DNA of 64,000 bases, taken from the NCBI GenBank assembly GCA_964452165.1, contig CAYVKP010000004.1, positions 5,333-69,332 on the forward strand. Reading direction: 5' to 3'. The position numbers and the translations under genes were made by a program. The notes under the pieces were generated by a model. The model was not told where the DNA came from. It saw only the letters and a list, made by a program, of their open reading frames with translations, and searched no databases. Positions 38,075-47,499 of this stretch are shown one piece after another. Origin of the DNA: an uncultured Gammaproteobacteria bacterium (lineage in GTDB: Bacteria; Patescibacteriota; Microgenomatia; Levybacterales; GWA1-39-11). Every line of letters begins with the position of its first letter. Position 1 is the stretch's first letter.

Positions 38075-38887
38075 CTAAGTTGTGTCTCCGTCTAAAAATT
38101 CGTAATAAGAAAGAACAAAAACCGAGCCTATCAAGATGTAGAAAAATAGTTCCTCAAAGGGTAACTCCACTCCTGATATTCTAAATACCAACAAGAATTT
38201 TCCTCCGTAAAATGTCCAACCACCGAGTTTTAGTGCTACCATCTCGTCAACAAAAGAAACCACAGCTATATATGATGCGACTTTTGCAAATCTTGAAACG
38301 TATTTTGGATAAGATTTAAAGAAAAGAATTGTTGGTATTAAAGCTAAAATTACTCCCGAAACTAGATAATAATAAGGAATTTGTAAAAGTGCGGGATTAA
38401 GAAAAAGTGCCGCGAAAAACACAGCGAACGCTACCCCATTTACTAAGAACCAATACATAAACCTCTTCCCAAGCAAGCTTTTATTCCCAGTTTTAAAGTG
38501 AATTTCATAAAAAATTAGTATCAGATATATCCATAAAAATGCCCATATCAGATCTTCCACCGGAACTGCATTAAAAATCCTGAAAGGAAAAATAGTATCG
38601 ATAACAAACCACGCATGATTTAAAAACCCAAGATAATCAACCAAAAGAGAAAGCATGGTTGAGCCTAAAAATGCTGCGAGCAAAAGCCGTGGAATAATTT
38701 GCTTATTGTTCAAATGATTCGTTAGATATACAGACGGGAGCCCGAATATTATTAGAGTTGTAATAAAAAGATTTGTTTTAAAAGTCAAACAAAAGTATCC
38801 ACTTACAGCGGCGAGTAAATACAGAGGCAGTTGCTTCATGAATAAATTGTAGCATTTTTTAATTATCAGAATAAGCGCTGTTGACAA
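38075..38887 (-). CDS. Polytopic membrane protein (270 aa)
   Basis: About 8 TM helices. Confidence 0.45.
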   Translation of the reverse strand: MSTALILIIKKCYNLFMKQLPLYLLAAVSGYFCLTFKTNLFITTLIIFGLPSVYLTNHLNNKQIIPRLLLAAFLGSTMLSLLVDYLGFLNHAWFVIDTIFPFRIFNAVPVEDLIWAFLWIYLILIFYEIHFKTGNKSLLGKRFMYWFLVNGVAFAVFFAALFLNPALLQIPYYYLVSGVILALIPTILFFKSYPKYVSRFAKVASYIAVVSFVDEMVALKLGGWTFYGGKFLLVFRISGVELPFEELFFYILIGSVFVLSYYEFLDGDTT

Positions 38888-38937
38888 TTATCATTTTCTG
38901 ATGTAGAATATATTGAAATATTTAAATATATTAATAT

Positions 38938-39213
38938 ATGGCAGATGGAGTTGTAAAAATATTAGACGCACTTTCAGACGAAATCCGTGTGGAAATTATT
39001 AGAGATCTTTTAAACGGCCACCATTCCGTGTGTCCTGAAGTTAAGAAAAAGTTGGGTAAATCCCAACCTACTCTATCCCACCATATTGGTAAACTCGTAG
39101 ACTCGGGCGTTTTAACAGAAACTAAAAAAGGAGTTAATTGCTATTACAAAGTAGATGCGAAATATCTGAAAGACATAGGAATTGATATCAAAAAGTTAAT
39201 AGCAAAAAATTAA
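38938..39213 (+). CDS. ArsR-family winged-helix transcriptional regulator
   Basis: HTH segment SQPTLSHHIGKLVDSGVL (cf. ArsR/SmtB SQS.VSHHL..L...G). Confidence 0.65.
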   Translation: MADGVVKILDALSDEIRVEIIRDLLNGHHSVCPEVKKKLGKSQPTLSHHIGKLVDSGVLTETKKGVNCYYKVDAKYLKDIGIDIKKLIAKN

Positions 39214-39215
39214 TC

Positions 39216-39833
39216 ATGGATAATTGGACAAAAATACCATCAAAAGAAGTAATCGAACAAACCGTTGCGGCATTAAAGGCGAACAACATCGAAGCTTTCG
39301 TTGTTGAAAATGCGGAGGAAGCAAAAAAGAAAGTACTTAGTATAATTCCTGAGGGTTCCGAAGTCTTCCCGCAAACTTCAAAAACACTCGACGCTATTGG
39401 TATTCCCGCAATTTTGAACGAATCAGGAAAATATGATTCTGTTAGAACAAGACTTAATTCTATGGATCGGACTACTCAGTCCCGCGAAATGAGAAAATTA
39501 GGGGCGGCACCCGACTTTGCCATTGGCTCCGTGCATGCACTTACGCAAGACGGCAATGCTATGATTGCCTCAAATACTGGGAGCCAACTGCCGGCATATG
39601 TTTATGGTGCAGGTGTTGTAATTTGGGTTGTAGGCGCACAGAAAATTGTAAAAAACAAAGAAGAAGGAAACAAAAGAATTTACGAACACGTTCTACCGCT
39701 TGAGGCAGAGCGTGCAAACAAAGCTTACAACATAACCACGGGAAGCTTCGTTTCAAAGCTCTTAATTGTAAATCGTGAAGTAAATCCTGAGAGGATTAAA
39801 ATAATAATCGTCAAAGAAGTCCTAGGCTTTTAA
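39216..39833 (+). CDS. LUD-domain (LutC/YkgG-like) protein
   Basis: About 200-aa alpha/beta protein directly co-transcribed with ArsR; weak resemblance to the lactate-utilisation LUD domain. Low confidence. Confidence 0.35.
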   Translation: MDNWTKIPSKEVIEQTVAALKANNIEAFVVENAEEAKKKVLSIIPEGSEVFPQTSKTLDAIGIPAILNESGKYDSVRTRLNSMDRTTQSREMRKLGAAPDFAIGSVHALTQDGNAMIASNTGSQLPAYVYGAGVVIWVVGAQKIVKNKEEGNKRIYEHVLPLEAERANKAYNITTGSFVSKLLIVNREVNPERIKIIIVKEVLGF

Positions 39834-40669
39834 TTTGCCCTCAATCCCTTCGTCTCTATCTGATCTGCCACCATTTCTGTACGTGCACGGCCAATCCATT
39901 TAGAATCTGTGACCGGATCAAAAAGATTCATTGACGGTAACCCTTTATCCGGGGTTTTTAAAATGACTCTTCTCATGACAACCGAATGGTTCCAGTCTTC
40001 CTTGCTTACTTTTCCATATTGTGGATCTACAAGTTTGACTGCCTCTTCTCTCATTATTTCCTTAACTTTTGAATAGTCACCGCTCATGGTGCTCCAAAGT
40101 ACACTTCTTAGATCTCCGATTAGTGGATCCCATTTGTTTGAAGCCGCCTCATACCCCATTTTACGCTGATCTGATTTTCTCTGATCCTCTCTTGCAGTCA
40201 AGAAAAGCAGTAATAATTCGACAGAAGCTTTCTGGGCACTATAAGGCTGGAGCTTTTTAATAGATCCCACTCCATTCATCAAAGTGGAAAACTCATCATT
40301 CACATTAGGCTGTAATCTAATGGCATCTGCACTATTTAGATGTGTGTCTCTTTGAATTACCCGGAGAGTTCTTACTTTCATTCTTCCTCTATTTTCCATT
40401 AAGACAGCTTGACTATTGTTTTCTGCTATAACTCCCGAATCATAATATACTTTTTGTTCGAGTAAGTTAGTTATCAGGGCTCCCCCAAAAAGTGCTGCTG
40501 CTGCCATAGGGTCACCGTTTGCAACTTCGTAGCCGGCTCCAATAGCTTCCACTGTCTTTAGTCCCCCTGCCATCATACCTTTCCATCCTAAAGGTTCCGC
40601 TCTTCTACCGGCCTCTACTCTTCTTGATATATTTTGAACACCCTGGCGGGCTCTTTCTATTGCGCTCAT
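39830..40669 (-). CDS. Hypothetical protein (279 aa)
   Basis: ORF only. Confidence 0.4.
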   Translation of the reverse strand: MSAIERARQGVQNISRRVEAGRRAEPLGWKGMMAGGLKTVEAIGAGYEVANGDPMAAAALFGGALITNLLEQKVYYDSGVIAENNSQAVLMENRGRMKVRTLRVIQRDTHLNSADAIRLQPNVNDEFSTLMNGVGSIKKLQPYSAQKASVELLLLFLTAREDQRKSDQRKMGYEAASNKWDPLIGDLRSVLWSTMSGDYSKVKEIMREEAVKLVDPQYGKVSKEDWNHSVVMRRVILKTPDKGLPSMNLFDPVTDSKWIGRARTEMVADQIETKGLRAN

Positions 40670-41499
40670 TCTTCTATCTCCACGCTTAGCTCGAGAAATA
40701 TTCGCTGTCCTGTTGCTACCTCAAGCTCTTTGCGACTCATACTTCCAATTATTTTGATTTTTGACCCTCCGGATCCAATTATCATTTTTCTGTATCTTTT
40801 ATCAGTTGTTATAATGCGTGCCTTAATGTAATACAAACCTTTCTCTCTGGGTTTGACATCATCAACCACCACTCGAATTTTATAAGGAAGTTCGTCTCGT
40901 AAAACAAGGAACGCTTTTTCACGAATATTTTCTGCAATATAAAGTCGCGAGTCCAAATTCATTGCCGGGGTCGGCATATCTTCCCGGATGACGGTCTTTT
41001 CTCCATCTTTAAGGTACTTCAAAATCTCTTCAATAAGGGTCGGAAGATGCTTGCCTTTTAATGCCGAGACCTCTACAGCAGCATCAAACTCGTCCTCAAG
41101 AAACTTATATTCCTCAAGGTAACTAGGCGTTTTTAGATCAACTTTATTGATCACTAAAATCTTTGGCTTATTAACTTTTCTAAGGATTCCAAGTATTCTA
41201 TTCTCCTCTATTCCGCGGCGCCTTGTGTGATCTACTATATATAATACGGCGTCTATGTCATGCTTGAGGGTTCGCTCAGCCTCAAGGTTTATGTCCTTAT
41301 TTATGGCTTTTGCAAATATTCCAGGCGTATCTACAAATATAATTTGAGCCTCGGGAGATTCGTAAACAGCCTGCATTGAAAACTGCGTTGTTTGAGGCTT
41401 AGGCGAGGTTATTGCCACCTTTTGACCCACCAGATTATTAATTAGTGTGGATTTTCCGGAATTTGGCCTCCCGACGAGCGCTACCGTGCCTACTTTCAT
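40666..41499 (-). CDS. era: GTPase Era
   Basis: G1 GRPNSGKSTL, G3 DTPGI, NKVD, C-terminal KH domain. The track start at 41673 adds 58 junk residues and would run over the tRNA-Trp gene; MKVGTVALVGRPN at 41499 is the real start. Confidence 0.85.
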   Translation of the reverse strand: MKVGTVALVGRPNSGKSTLINNLVGQKVAITSPKPQTTQFSMQAVYESPEAQIIFVDTPGIFAKAINKDINLEAERTLKHDIDAVLYIVDHTRRRGIEENRILGILRKVNKPKILVINKVDLKTPSYLEEYKFLEDEFDAAVEVSALKGKHLPTLIEEILKYLKDGEKTVIREDMPTPAMNLDSRLYIAENIREKAFLVLRDELPYKIRVVVDDVKPREKGLYYIKARIITTDKRYRKMIIGSGGSKIKIIGSMSRKELEVATGQRIFLELSVEIEE

Positions 41500-41637
41500 T
41501 GCCTTGATTATACCACTATAGGTGTAATGGGGCCAGCTTTTGAAGCTGTCGGAACACGTTGTCCGATTGAATCGAAAGCTCAATTCAAATATAATTGAAA
41601 CGTAAATGGGCCCGCCCTGAGGAGGCGTAGCCAGCGA

Positions 41638-41708
41638 AGGGGTGTAGTGAAATGGTATCACAGCAGTCTCCAAAACTGCTTTTCAGAGTTCGAATCTCTG
41701 CGCCCCTG
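41638..41708 (+). tRNA. tRNA-Trp (anticodon CCA)
   Basis: Hand-folded. Acceptor AGGGGTG/CGCCCCT (two G-U pairs). U8. D-arm GTGA-AATGGTA-TCAC. Anticodon arm GCAGT-CTCCAAA-ACTGC (U33, CCA, A37). 4-nt variable loop. T-arm CAGAG-TTCGAAT-CTCTG. Discriminator G. Confidence 0.8.
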
Positions 41709-41759
41709 CAAACGGGAATCGAACTTGATTTCCTCGTCGCTTTCTTGAATAATTAAAGC

Positions 41760-42257
41760 ATGGAAGTAGAACAAAATTTGGACCAAACGTCTAACATAGA
41801 CCCAATATCTAAAACTACTGTTCAAAATTCCACCGCACCGCGAACCTTCAAACCAATGTCTAAACTTGATCTTTTCTTGGCAACTCTTCTTTCACTGTTC
41901 TGGAGCTTAGTACCATACTCTTTTGTGAGTAAGTTTCCGATATTAGATTCGATTAATAGTTTTATTGCATGTGCAATTCTTCGTTGTGAAAATGATAGGT
42001 GCGGAGGGGAAATTCTTGGCTTTTTAGTATTTACTCCTAATATCATAGTTTATTTATTAATAACATTAGTAATTGCATTTGGCCTTTACAAGCTCTTTAT
42101 CCGAATTGACAGCAAGGCAATAAAAATTCTTTTACTTATTCTTGCTGGTCCAGTCGCTTTTGTTGCCATCAATGTGGTATTGCATTCGTTAGGGTTTGGA
42201 GTAGGAGATCTTCAAATACCAAGATTAAATCGTTTCTGCTCGGAGATTGAATTTTGA
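41760..42257 (+). CDS. Membrane protein (165 aa)
   Basis: 3-4 TM helices. Confidence 0.4.
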   Translation: MEVEQNLDQTSNIDPISKTTVQNSTAPRTFKPMSKLDLFLATLLSLFWSLVPYSFVSKFPILDSINSFIACAILRCENDRCGGEILGFLVFTPNIIVYLLITLVIAFGLYKLFIRIDSKAIKILLLILAGPVAFVAINVVLHSLGFGVGDLQIPRLNRFCSEIEF

Positions 42258-42341
42258 CACCCTAATGAAACTTGCTCGCTAGACTTGCACATAATAGGTT
42301 CCAACATAGTTGCTTAGTCCCTGCAGATAAGTTTTAGAAAT

Positions 42342-42632
42342 ATGAAGAGAGAACAATTCGCAAAGAAAATACACTGGGCTAAAATCATTTGGATAGTTAG
42401 TGTCATAAACCCCTTAATGATACTTCCTCAATTCATTCAAATTTGGCAAACTCATCAAACTGCAGGATTATCAATAGGTTTTCTTGTGATACTCGTTCTA
42501 ATCCAATATGGATTTGCTTTACACGGATTTTTTACAAGAGACCGTTTTATTATGGGGAGTAATGGTTTAGCAGGAACCATGAGTCTTTTAACACTGCTGT
42601 CTACGCTGTACTTCCGTAGTATGGGTTATTAA
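42342..42632 (+). CDS. SemiSWEET / PQ-loop family small transporter
   Basis: 96 aa, 3 TM helices, PQ motif in TM1 (NPLMILPQFIQIWQTHQ). Confidence 0.5.
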   Translation: MKREQFAKKIHWAKIIWIVSVINPLMILPQFIQIWQTHQTAGLSIGFLVILVLIQYGFALHGFFTRDRFIMGSNGLAGTMSLLTLLSTLYFRSMGY

Positions 42633-42760
42633 CAATATAAGTTCCGGGGTTGCTTGCGCTGTTTAAGGAATGGTTGAGTCGTGAATTTGAACCGGGCGAG
42701 ATAAATGGAATTTTTTGGACAGAACGTCGTGCACCATCTGCAACAATCCCTTCCAAATAC

Positions 42761-43285
42761 TTAAAAGCCGGCTCTTTTTCCTATGATGAGGCCGATTATA
42801 AGTCCGATTGCAATTCCCGGAACACCGAAAACTAGACTTGGCCTGCCTTGAACAGCGGGCGAACTCGCAATCTGCTGTGGTTGAACTAAGAAGCCCACTT
42901 CCCTCTCATCACCTTCAACCTGAGGAAATTCAAGTTCAATATCATAAATTTTCGCTGTCGGAAATTTATATTGAAATTCGACTGAACCGTTCTCATCGCT
43001 TTTTACTTTTTTGTCGATCAAAACTTTGTCATGGTCTTCGTTCTGATCTCCTGTTTCCTTAACTCGCAGTTCTCCTTCATAACCTACCAACTTCTCTCCG
43101 TTGTTTTTATCATTCAGCAGGAAAGTAATCGTGGTTGTTTGTCCGACAACCGGCAAAAGAGGATTCATATAAAAAGTCGCTGTAACATTACCAACGCTGT
43201 TCTGAACTCCACCATGAGCAAAAATTGAAGATGTCGAACAAATTAAGATCGCTACGGAGAAAACTAATATTAAAAAGTTCTTCAT
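42761..43285 (-). CDS. Secreted protein with C-terminal hydrophobic anchor
   Basis: Signal peptide; C-terminal GVPGIAIGLIIGLIIGKRAGF. Confidence 0.45.
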   Translation of the reverse strand: MKNFLILVFSVAILICSTSSIFAHGGVQNSVGNVTATFYMNPLLPVVGQTTTITFLLNDKNNGEKLVGYEGELRVKETGDQNEDHDKVLIDKKVKSDENGSVEFQYKFPTAKIYDIELEFPQVEGDEREVGFLVQPQQIASSPAVQGRPSLVFGVPGIAIGLIIGLIIGKRAGF

Positions 43286-43303
43286 TCCACCTAATATAAC
43301 AAA

Positions 43304-44284
43304 TTAACTCCCTGGGACAAAATAGTTATAAACCGCCTTTGAAATGTTGGCGATTCTTGCGTTTGCTAAAGCCGGAAAATCACTTTCCGACAAAACTACA
43401 ATAATATAGTCTCCATTCGTTGAATAAACGATTCCGGCATCATGAGTAAAATCTTCAAGCTCTCCTGTTTTGTGGGCAACAATTACGCCGTCCGGAAGAT
43501 ATTTAGGAAGTTTATCGTTAAGTTTTTGCTGTTTTAGGAGATCAAGCATTTTTGCCGTGTAGGTATCGTCGGCAAGGCTACCGTCATAAAGTTTTTCAAA
43601 AAATAAAGCTATATCTGAGGGTGTTGTTGTTGGAGCCCCGCCATTTGTGCCGACTTTCGATTCCGAGAAACCGTTTAGTGAAAGAAATGACGCGATACTT
43701 GAAAGCCCAATTTTATCAGTTAGAAGAAGTGCTGAATAGTTGTCCGAAATCGTAATCATATTATACAAAAGATCGCTTATTGCGCCCTCCTCTGTCCCAT
43801 CCGTTTTTTCAGCACCTTCCGGGTCAATATCAAATTCATCGTTCAGATCCACAACATCACGACTCAAAATCTGATCTTCAGAGAGCGCGCCTGACTTTAT
43901 CTTTGCATAGGTCTGCCCCATTACCCAAAGCTTATAAAGACTCCCGGACTCAAAAGGTGAGTGTCCGTTTTGAGCAAAACTCTCACCTGTTTTCAAATTC
44001 CTGACGACAACTCCATATGTCCCGTGAGTTCCGGCCAAAGCACTCTTGACCGCATCTGCCAACGAGGAACTACTTGAGGTTCGGCTCAAAATCGGGGTAG
44101 GAGTGGGTTCCGCGGTCGCGGTGGGAACTATAGTGACCGCCGAAATGATTCTGGGAGGATCTTTTTTAACTGGCGAGAAGAAGAACTTGGCTGCAAACAT
44201 AATAAAGGGTATGATGGCGAATAAAATAAGGATTGTAAATAGTTTATTTGAGGAACGTCTTCTGATCCTATCGAGCCTTGACAT
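43304..44284 (-). CDS. Class A beta-lactamase-like serine hydrolase (PBP-like fold)
   Basis: S-x-x-K (ESGSLYKLW), SDN (ISDNYSALLL) and KTG (VAHKTGEL) motifs in the canonical order; N-terminal TM. Confidence 0.6.
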   Translation of the reverse strand: MSRLDRIRRRSSNKLFTILILFAIIPFIMFAAKFFFSPVKKDPPRIISAVTIVPTATAEPTPTPILSRTSSSSSLADAVKSALAGTHGTYGVVVRNLKTGESFAQNGHSPFESGSLYKLWVMGQTYAKIKSGALSEDQILSRDVVDLNDEFDIDPEGAEKTDGTEEGAISDLLYNMITISDNYSALLLTDKIGLSSIASFLSLNGFSESKVGTNGGAPTTTPSDIALFFEKLYDGSLADDTYTAKMLDLLKQQKLNDKLPKYLPDGVIVAHKTGELEDFTHDAGIVYSTNGDYIIVVLSESDFPALANARIANISKAVYNYFVPGS

Positions 44285-44380
44285 AATTTATAAAATCCAA
44301 AAATATTATACGCTGTTATTTTCAAGATACCATATGAAAAATAGCTGAGTATTTGACTCTAAAATCATTATGTGTGATAA

Positions 44381-46033
44381 TTGCTTTTCACTATGAAAAA
44401 GACCCTTCTGGGATCACTTGTTTTCGTAGTAATCTACAACGTTTTCTTTTTCCCAACTCTTCCGGGTGCAGGAATTCCTATACTTTTTGGCTTATTCCAT
44501 TTATATCTTTTTTTAGTTCGTGGTAAAGATTCTAAGAATGTTAACTTCGGGGTTCTACTTTCTGTCTTAAGCGTACTTTTTGCCGCCGGATCAGCTTACA
44601 GGGCGAACATGGAAGTCCAGGCGATTGATTTTCTTGTCACTCTTTTCCTGACTTTCGCGGCCGCTTTCATGTACAAGAAAATCTCTTCTTTCTCGCTCGA
44701 TCTACCGTCCTTTATTCTGTCACCCTTAACAGTTTTTGGCCGCGGCCTTGTCTCAATCAATAACTTTTTCTCTCAAAACAAAACGAAGATTTCAACTGAA
44801 AAACACACGGATTTGTACAACGCAATTTTCAGAGGAGTCGTAATAACAGTGCCTATTCTATTCATTTTATTTATTCTTCTGACGGGAGCCGATCCAATTT
44901 TCAAAACTCTTGCCAGTAAGATTTCTTTTTCTATCAGCGACCAAGCAATATTCACAGTTATTGTTTTTGTGATGTGTTTTTTCTGGGGCTTGGCAACTAT
45001 AAAAGATAAGATCTTGCCCCACAGAGAAGAAAAAAAAGATAGCGAAAAATTGGCGATTGAAGCAATTATTGCAACCGGTGGGGCCGCCATTCTTTTCGGT
45101 ATTTTTCTTTTGATTCAGCTCCGCTATCTCTTCCTACACGTCCCCGAGACCGAACTTCATAATCTTGGAATCAACGTTGCGACATATTCTGAATACGTAA
45201 GACAGGGATTCTTTAATCTGCTTATTGCCTCGGCAATTTCTACTTCAATAATTGCCTATGTCCTACAACGACTGCAAACCAACATCAAGAACGGTGTCTA
45301 TCTTAGGATAAGCACCGCCGCGCTTGCTCTTGAAACACAACTTCTCCTTGTTTCAGCCGGAAAGAGATTGTATTTGTACGAACAATTCCATGGATTCACG
45401 AGGTCAAGAATTTATGGAATAGTCTTCCTTCTTTGGTTAAGCCTTTTGCTGATTGTTCTTCTGATCGCTGTAATTAAGAAAGCAAAACACGGGTATCTTT
45501 TCATAACAACTTTCATAATAACGCTTGTCGCGCTTGCTAGTTTTAACATTATTCCGATTGATAGACTAATTGCTGAGAAGTTTCCGCCCACAATAAATCA
45601 TGAGATTGATAATGTCTACATAAGCTTACTTTCTGAAGAGGCCGCATCCTCATGGCCGGGCATTGTTCGGGAGGCGCAGATCAGAGTAGAACAATTTGAT
45701 AATACCCAGAAACCTAGCGCTGAAGATTACAGGAGAGTTTACGACGCGCGAATGGTACTTTTTGATATCGGCAAAAAAGTATACTATCTAGATCGAAAAT
45801 ACACTCCCAGTGAAAAACAGTATATTAAGATGGATCCAAATAACCTCTGGCACATAAACCCTGTTCAGAAAAGGTGGCAAGCATTTAACAAGAGCGAATA
45901 CGACGCTTATCTTGTGGTTGAAAACAATCGTGAATTATTCGCAAAAATTGGAGGCTTACTCAAGCGAATTGATGACAAGATAACTGCATTATCTACCACT
46001 CCAACTCCAACCCCCTCTCCCATTCAGCAATAA
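44381..46033 (+). CDS. Large polytopic membrane protein (550 aa)
   Basis: At least 10 TM helices; C-terminal soluble domain ending TPTPTPSPIQQ. Confidence 0.5.
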   Translation: MLFTMKKTLLGSLVFVVIYNVFFFPTLPGAGIPILFGLFHLYLFLVRGKDSKNVNFGVLLSVLSVLFAAGSAYRANMEVQAIDFLVTLFLTFAAAFMYKKISSFSLDLPSFILSPLTVFGRGLVSINNFFSQNKTKISTEKHTDLYNAIFRGVVITVPILFILFILLTGADPIFKTLASKISFSISDQAIFTVIVFVMCFFWGLATIKDKILPHREEKKDSEKLAIEAIIATGGAAILFGIFLLIQLRYLFLHVPETELHNLGINVATYSEYVRQGFFNLLIASAISTSIIAYVLQRLQTNIKNGVYLRISTAALALETQLLLVSAGKRLYLYEQFHGFTRSRIYGIVFLLWLSLLLIVLLIAVIKKAKHGYLFITTFIITLVALASFNIIPIDRLIAEKFPPTINHEIDNVYISLLSEEAASSWPGIVREAQIRVEQFDNTQKPSAEDYRRVYDARMVLFDIGKKVYYLDRKYTPSEKQYIKMDPNNLWHINPVQKRWQAFNKSEYDAYLVVENNRELFAKIGGLLKRIDDKITALSTTPTPTPSPIQQ

Positions 46034-46172
46034 CTTTTTTGATTTTTGATTGATACGCTTTGATATCCTCCGGCCCACCTGCTATAATCGTACCCACTGC
46101 CCCTTTAAATCTTACACTTATGTGACGTTTATCTAACAAAGATAAGCAAATCGATATATAAGATCAAATCAA

Positions 46173-46772
46173 ATGAATACGTCTAAGTTTATTTTAGGTC
46201 TGCTCACGGTTTTTATATTCCTGCTTCTTGTCGTAGGCTTCTATTCGGTTATAAGCAAAAAGAGCTCGATAAAAACTGTCACGACAAAAGCCACAGAGAC
46301 AAGTATTGTACTCGGAGAATTTAAAACATACAAAGATCCTGCCGGATCCTTCACTCTTTCTTATCCTAAGGATTATGAAATTGAATATTTAGATGAAGGA
46401 CGACAAACCCAATTCAGTAAAATTGGCCGCGGTGCAAGAATCAATGACCCATACAACGGCGTCTCTATGGTGATTGAGCCCGTTGGACTAAGCGGCTTGA
46501 GTTTGGCGAACTGGACTGATGCGTACGTTGGAAACAGAATCAGTGATGGGACTTTTGAGATGATTGACCCTAAAAAGAAAGTTGAGATTAATGAAAATTA
46601 CGGATTCACTTTCACCATCAGAAATGAACAAATATCAAGAGTTTATGTCTTGCAGAAAAGTGAAAAATCGCAGTACGCCCTTGTTGTAACAGCCACAGTT
46701 TACGATCCTCTCAATTTTGGTTTCCAAAAACAGGTAGATCAAGTCCTCTCCTCGCTCGCCATTTTAAAATAA
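46173..46772 (+). CDS. Anchored extracytoplasmic protein, single-module member of the YxFSxKYP...ILSTxKF family
   Basis: N-terminal TM; FKTYKDPAGSFTLSYPKDYEIE ... C-terminal QVDQVLSSLAILK. Confidence 0.45.
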   Translation: MNTSKFILGLLTVFIFLLLVVGFYSVISKKSSIKTVTTKATETSIVLGEFKTYKDPAGSFTLSYPKDYEIEYLDEGRQTQFSKIGRGARINDPYNGVSMVIEPVGLSGLSLANWTDAYVGNRISDGTFEMIDPKKKVEINENYGFTFTIRNEQISRVYVLQKSEKSQYALVVTATVYDPLNFGFQKQVDQVLSSLAILK

Positions 46773-46775
46773 AGC

Positions 46776-47411
46776 TTAGTAGTGTACGTTGAGAATTACA
46801 TTAGAGTGCGGACCTGATACAAAAGGTATTGTCTGCAAGGCTTTTTCGCCATCTATTTTGAATGTCACAGTATCTCCGTTTTTTCCGCAACCCGCCCTGC
46901 TCTCCACCGGTTCAACTTCCATGTAGAAATTGGTAGTCAGCTCTGTTTTTGTTAAGGTCGTTGTTGAAGCGCATACCACATCTCCTATAAATGCTTCGAC
47001 TTTTGTTCCACCGGGTGCAATGTCTCCTGCTTTGATTTGCGCTGATCCGTTGAAGCTCATTGGAAGAGCTTTCGGCGTAGGAGTTATGGGTACTACGGTT
47101 GCTGCTGGCGTTGAGGTTGGAGTTGGCTCTGATGTGGGCGTGGGAGGAATAATGGTTGGAGTTGGCATGGGCGTTGGAGCGGAAACGGGTTTTTTTGTCA
47201 TTTTCATCATCGCAAATGTTCCAAGCCCCAAAAGCAGGACTAGAACTACGGCAACAAGTGCTATGAAAAGACTTTTGTTTGGAACATTAGGACGAGGAGG
47301 AGTAGGAATGGCCGGAATGGAATTACTGTCAGATGACGGTGCAGGGGGAGGTTGGACGGGAGGTACAACTGTTGCCTCCGGACTAATGGGTTGATCAGGA
47401 TTATTTTCCAT
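46776..47411 (-). CDS. Pro-rich anchored protein with C-terminal beta-sandwich-like domain
   Basis: Pro-rich N-terminus, TM, PTP repeats. Confidence 0.45.
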   Translation of the reverse strand: MENNPDQPISPEATVVPPVQPPPAPSSDSNSIPAIPTPPRPNVPNKSLFIALVAVVLVLLLGLGTFAMMKMTKKPVSAPTPMPTPTIIPPTPTSEPTPTSTPAATVVPITPTPKALPMSFNGSAQIKAGDIAPGGTKVEAFIGDVVCASTTTLTKTELTTNFYMEVEPVESRAGCGKNGDTVTFKIDGEKALQTIPFVSGPHSNVILNVHY

Positions 47412-47499
47412 GAGTAAAGTATTTCAGTATTCTTTCGGCTTGTCAACAAATCCAAGGGTTTTGGTTGACTCCTCAGAAAAAAATTGATTAGATAAGGGA

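Noticed and set aside
40666-41673. N-terminal 58 residues of the era ORF and 17 residues of argS as annotated by the track
   Set aside because: The extensions are non-conserved junk; for era it would overlap the tRNA-Trp gene. Internal Met starts give textbook N-termini.
42761-43285. PGF-CTERM/archaeosortase-type sorting signal in 42761..43285
   Set aside because: The C-terminus (GVPGIAIGLIIGLIIGKRAGF) is hydrophobic but lacks the PGF tripeptide in register, and no exosortase or archaeosortase gene is present.
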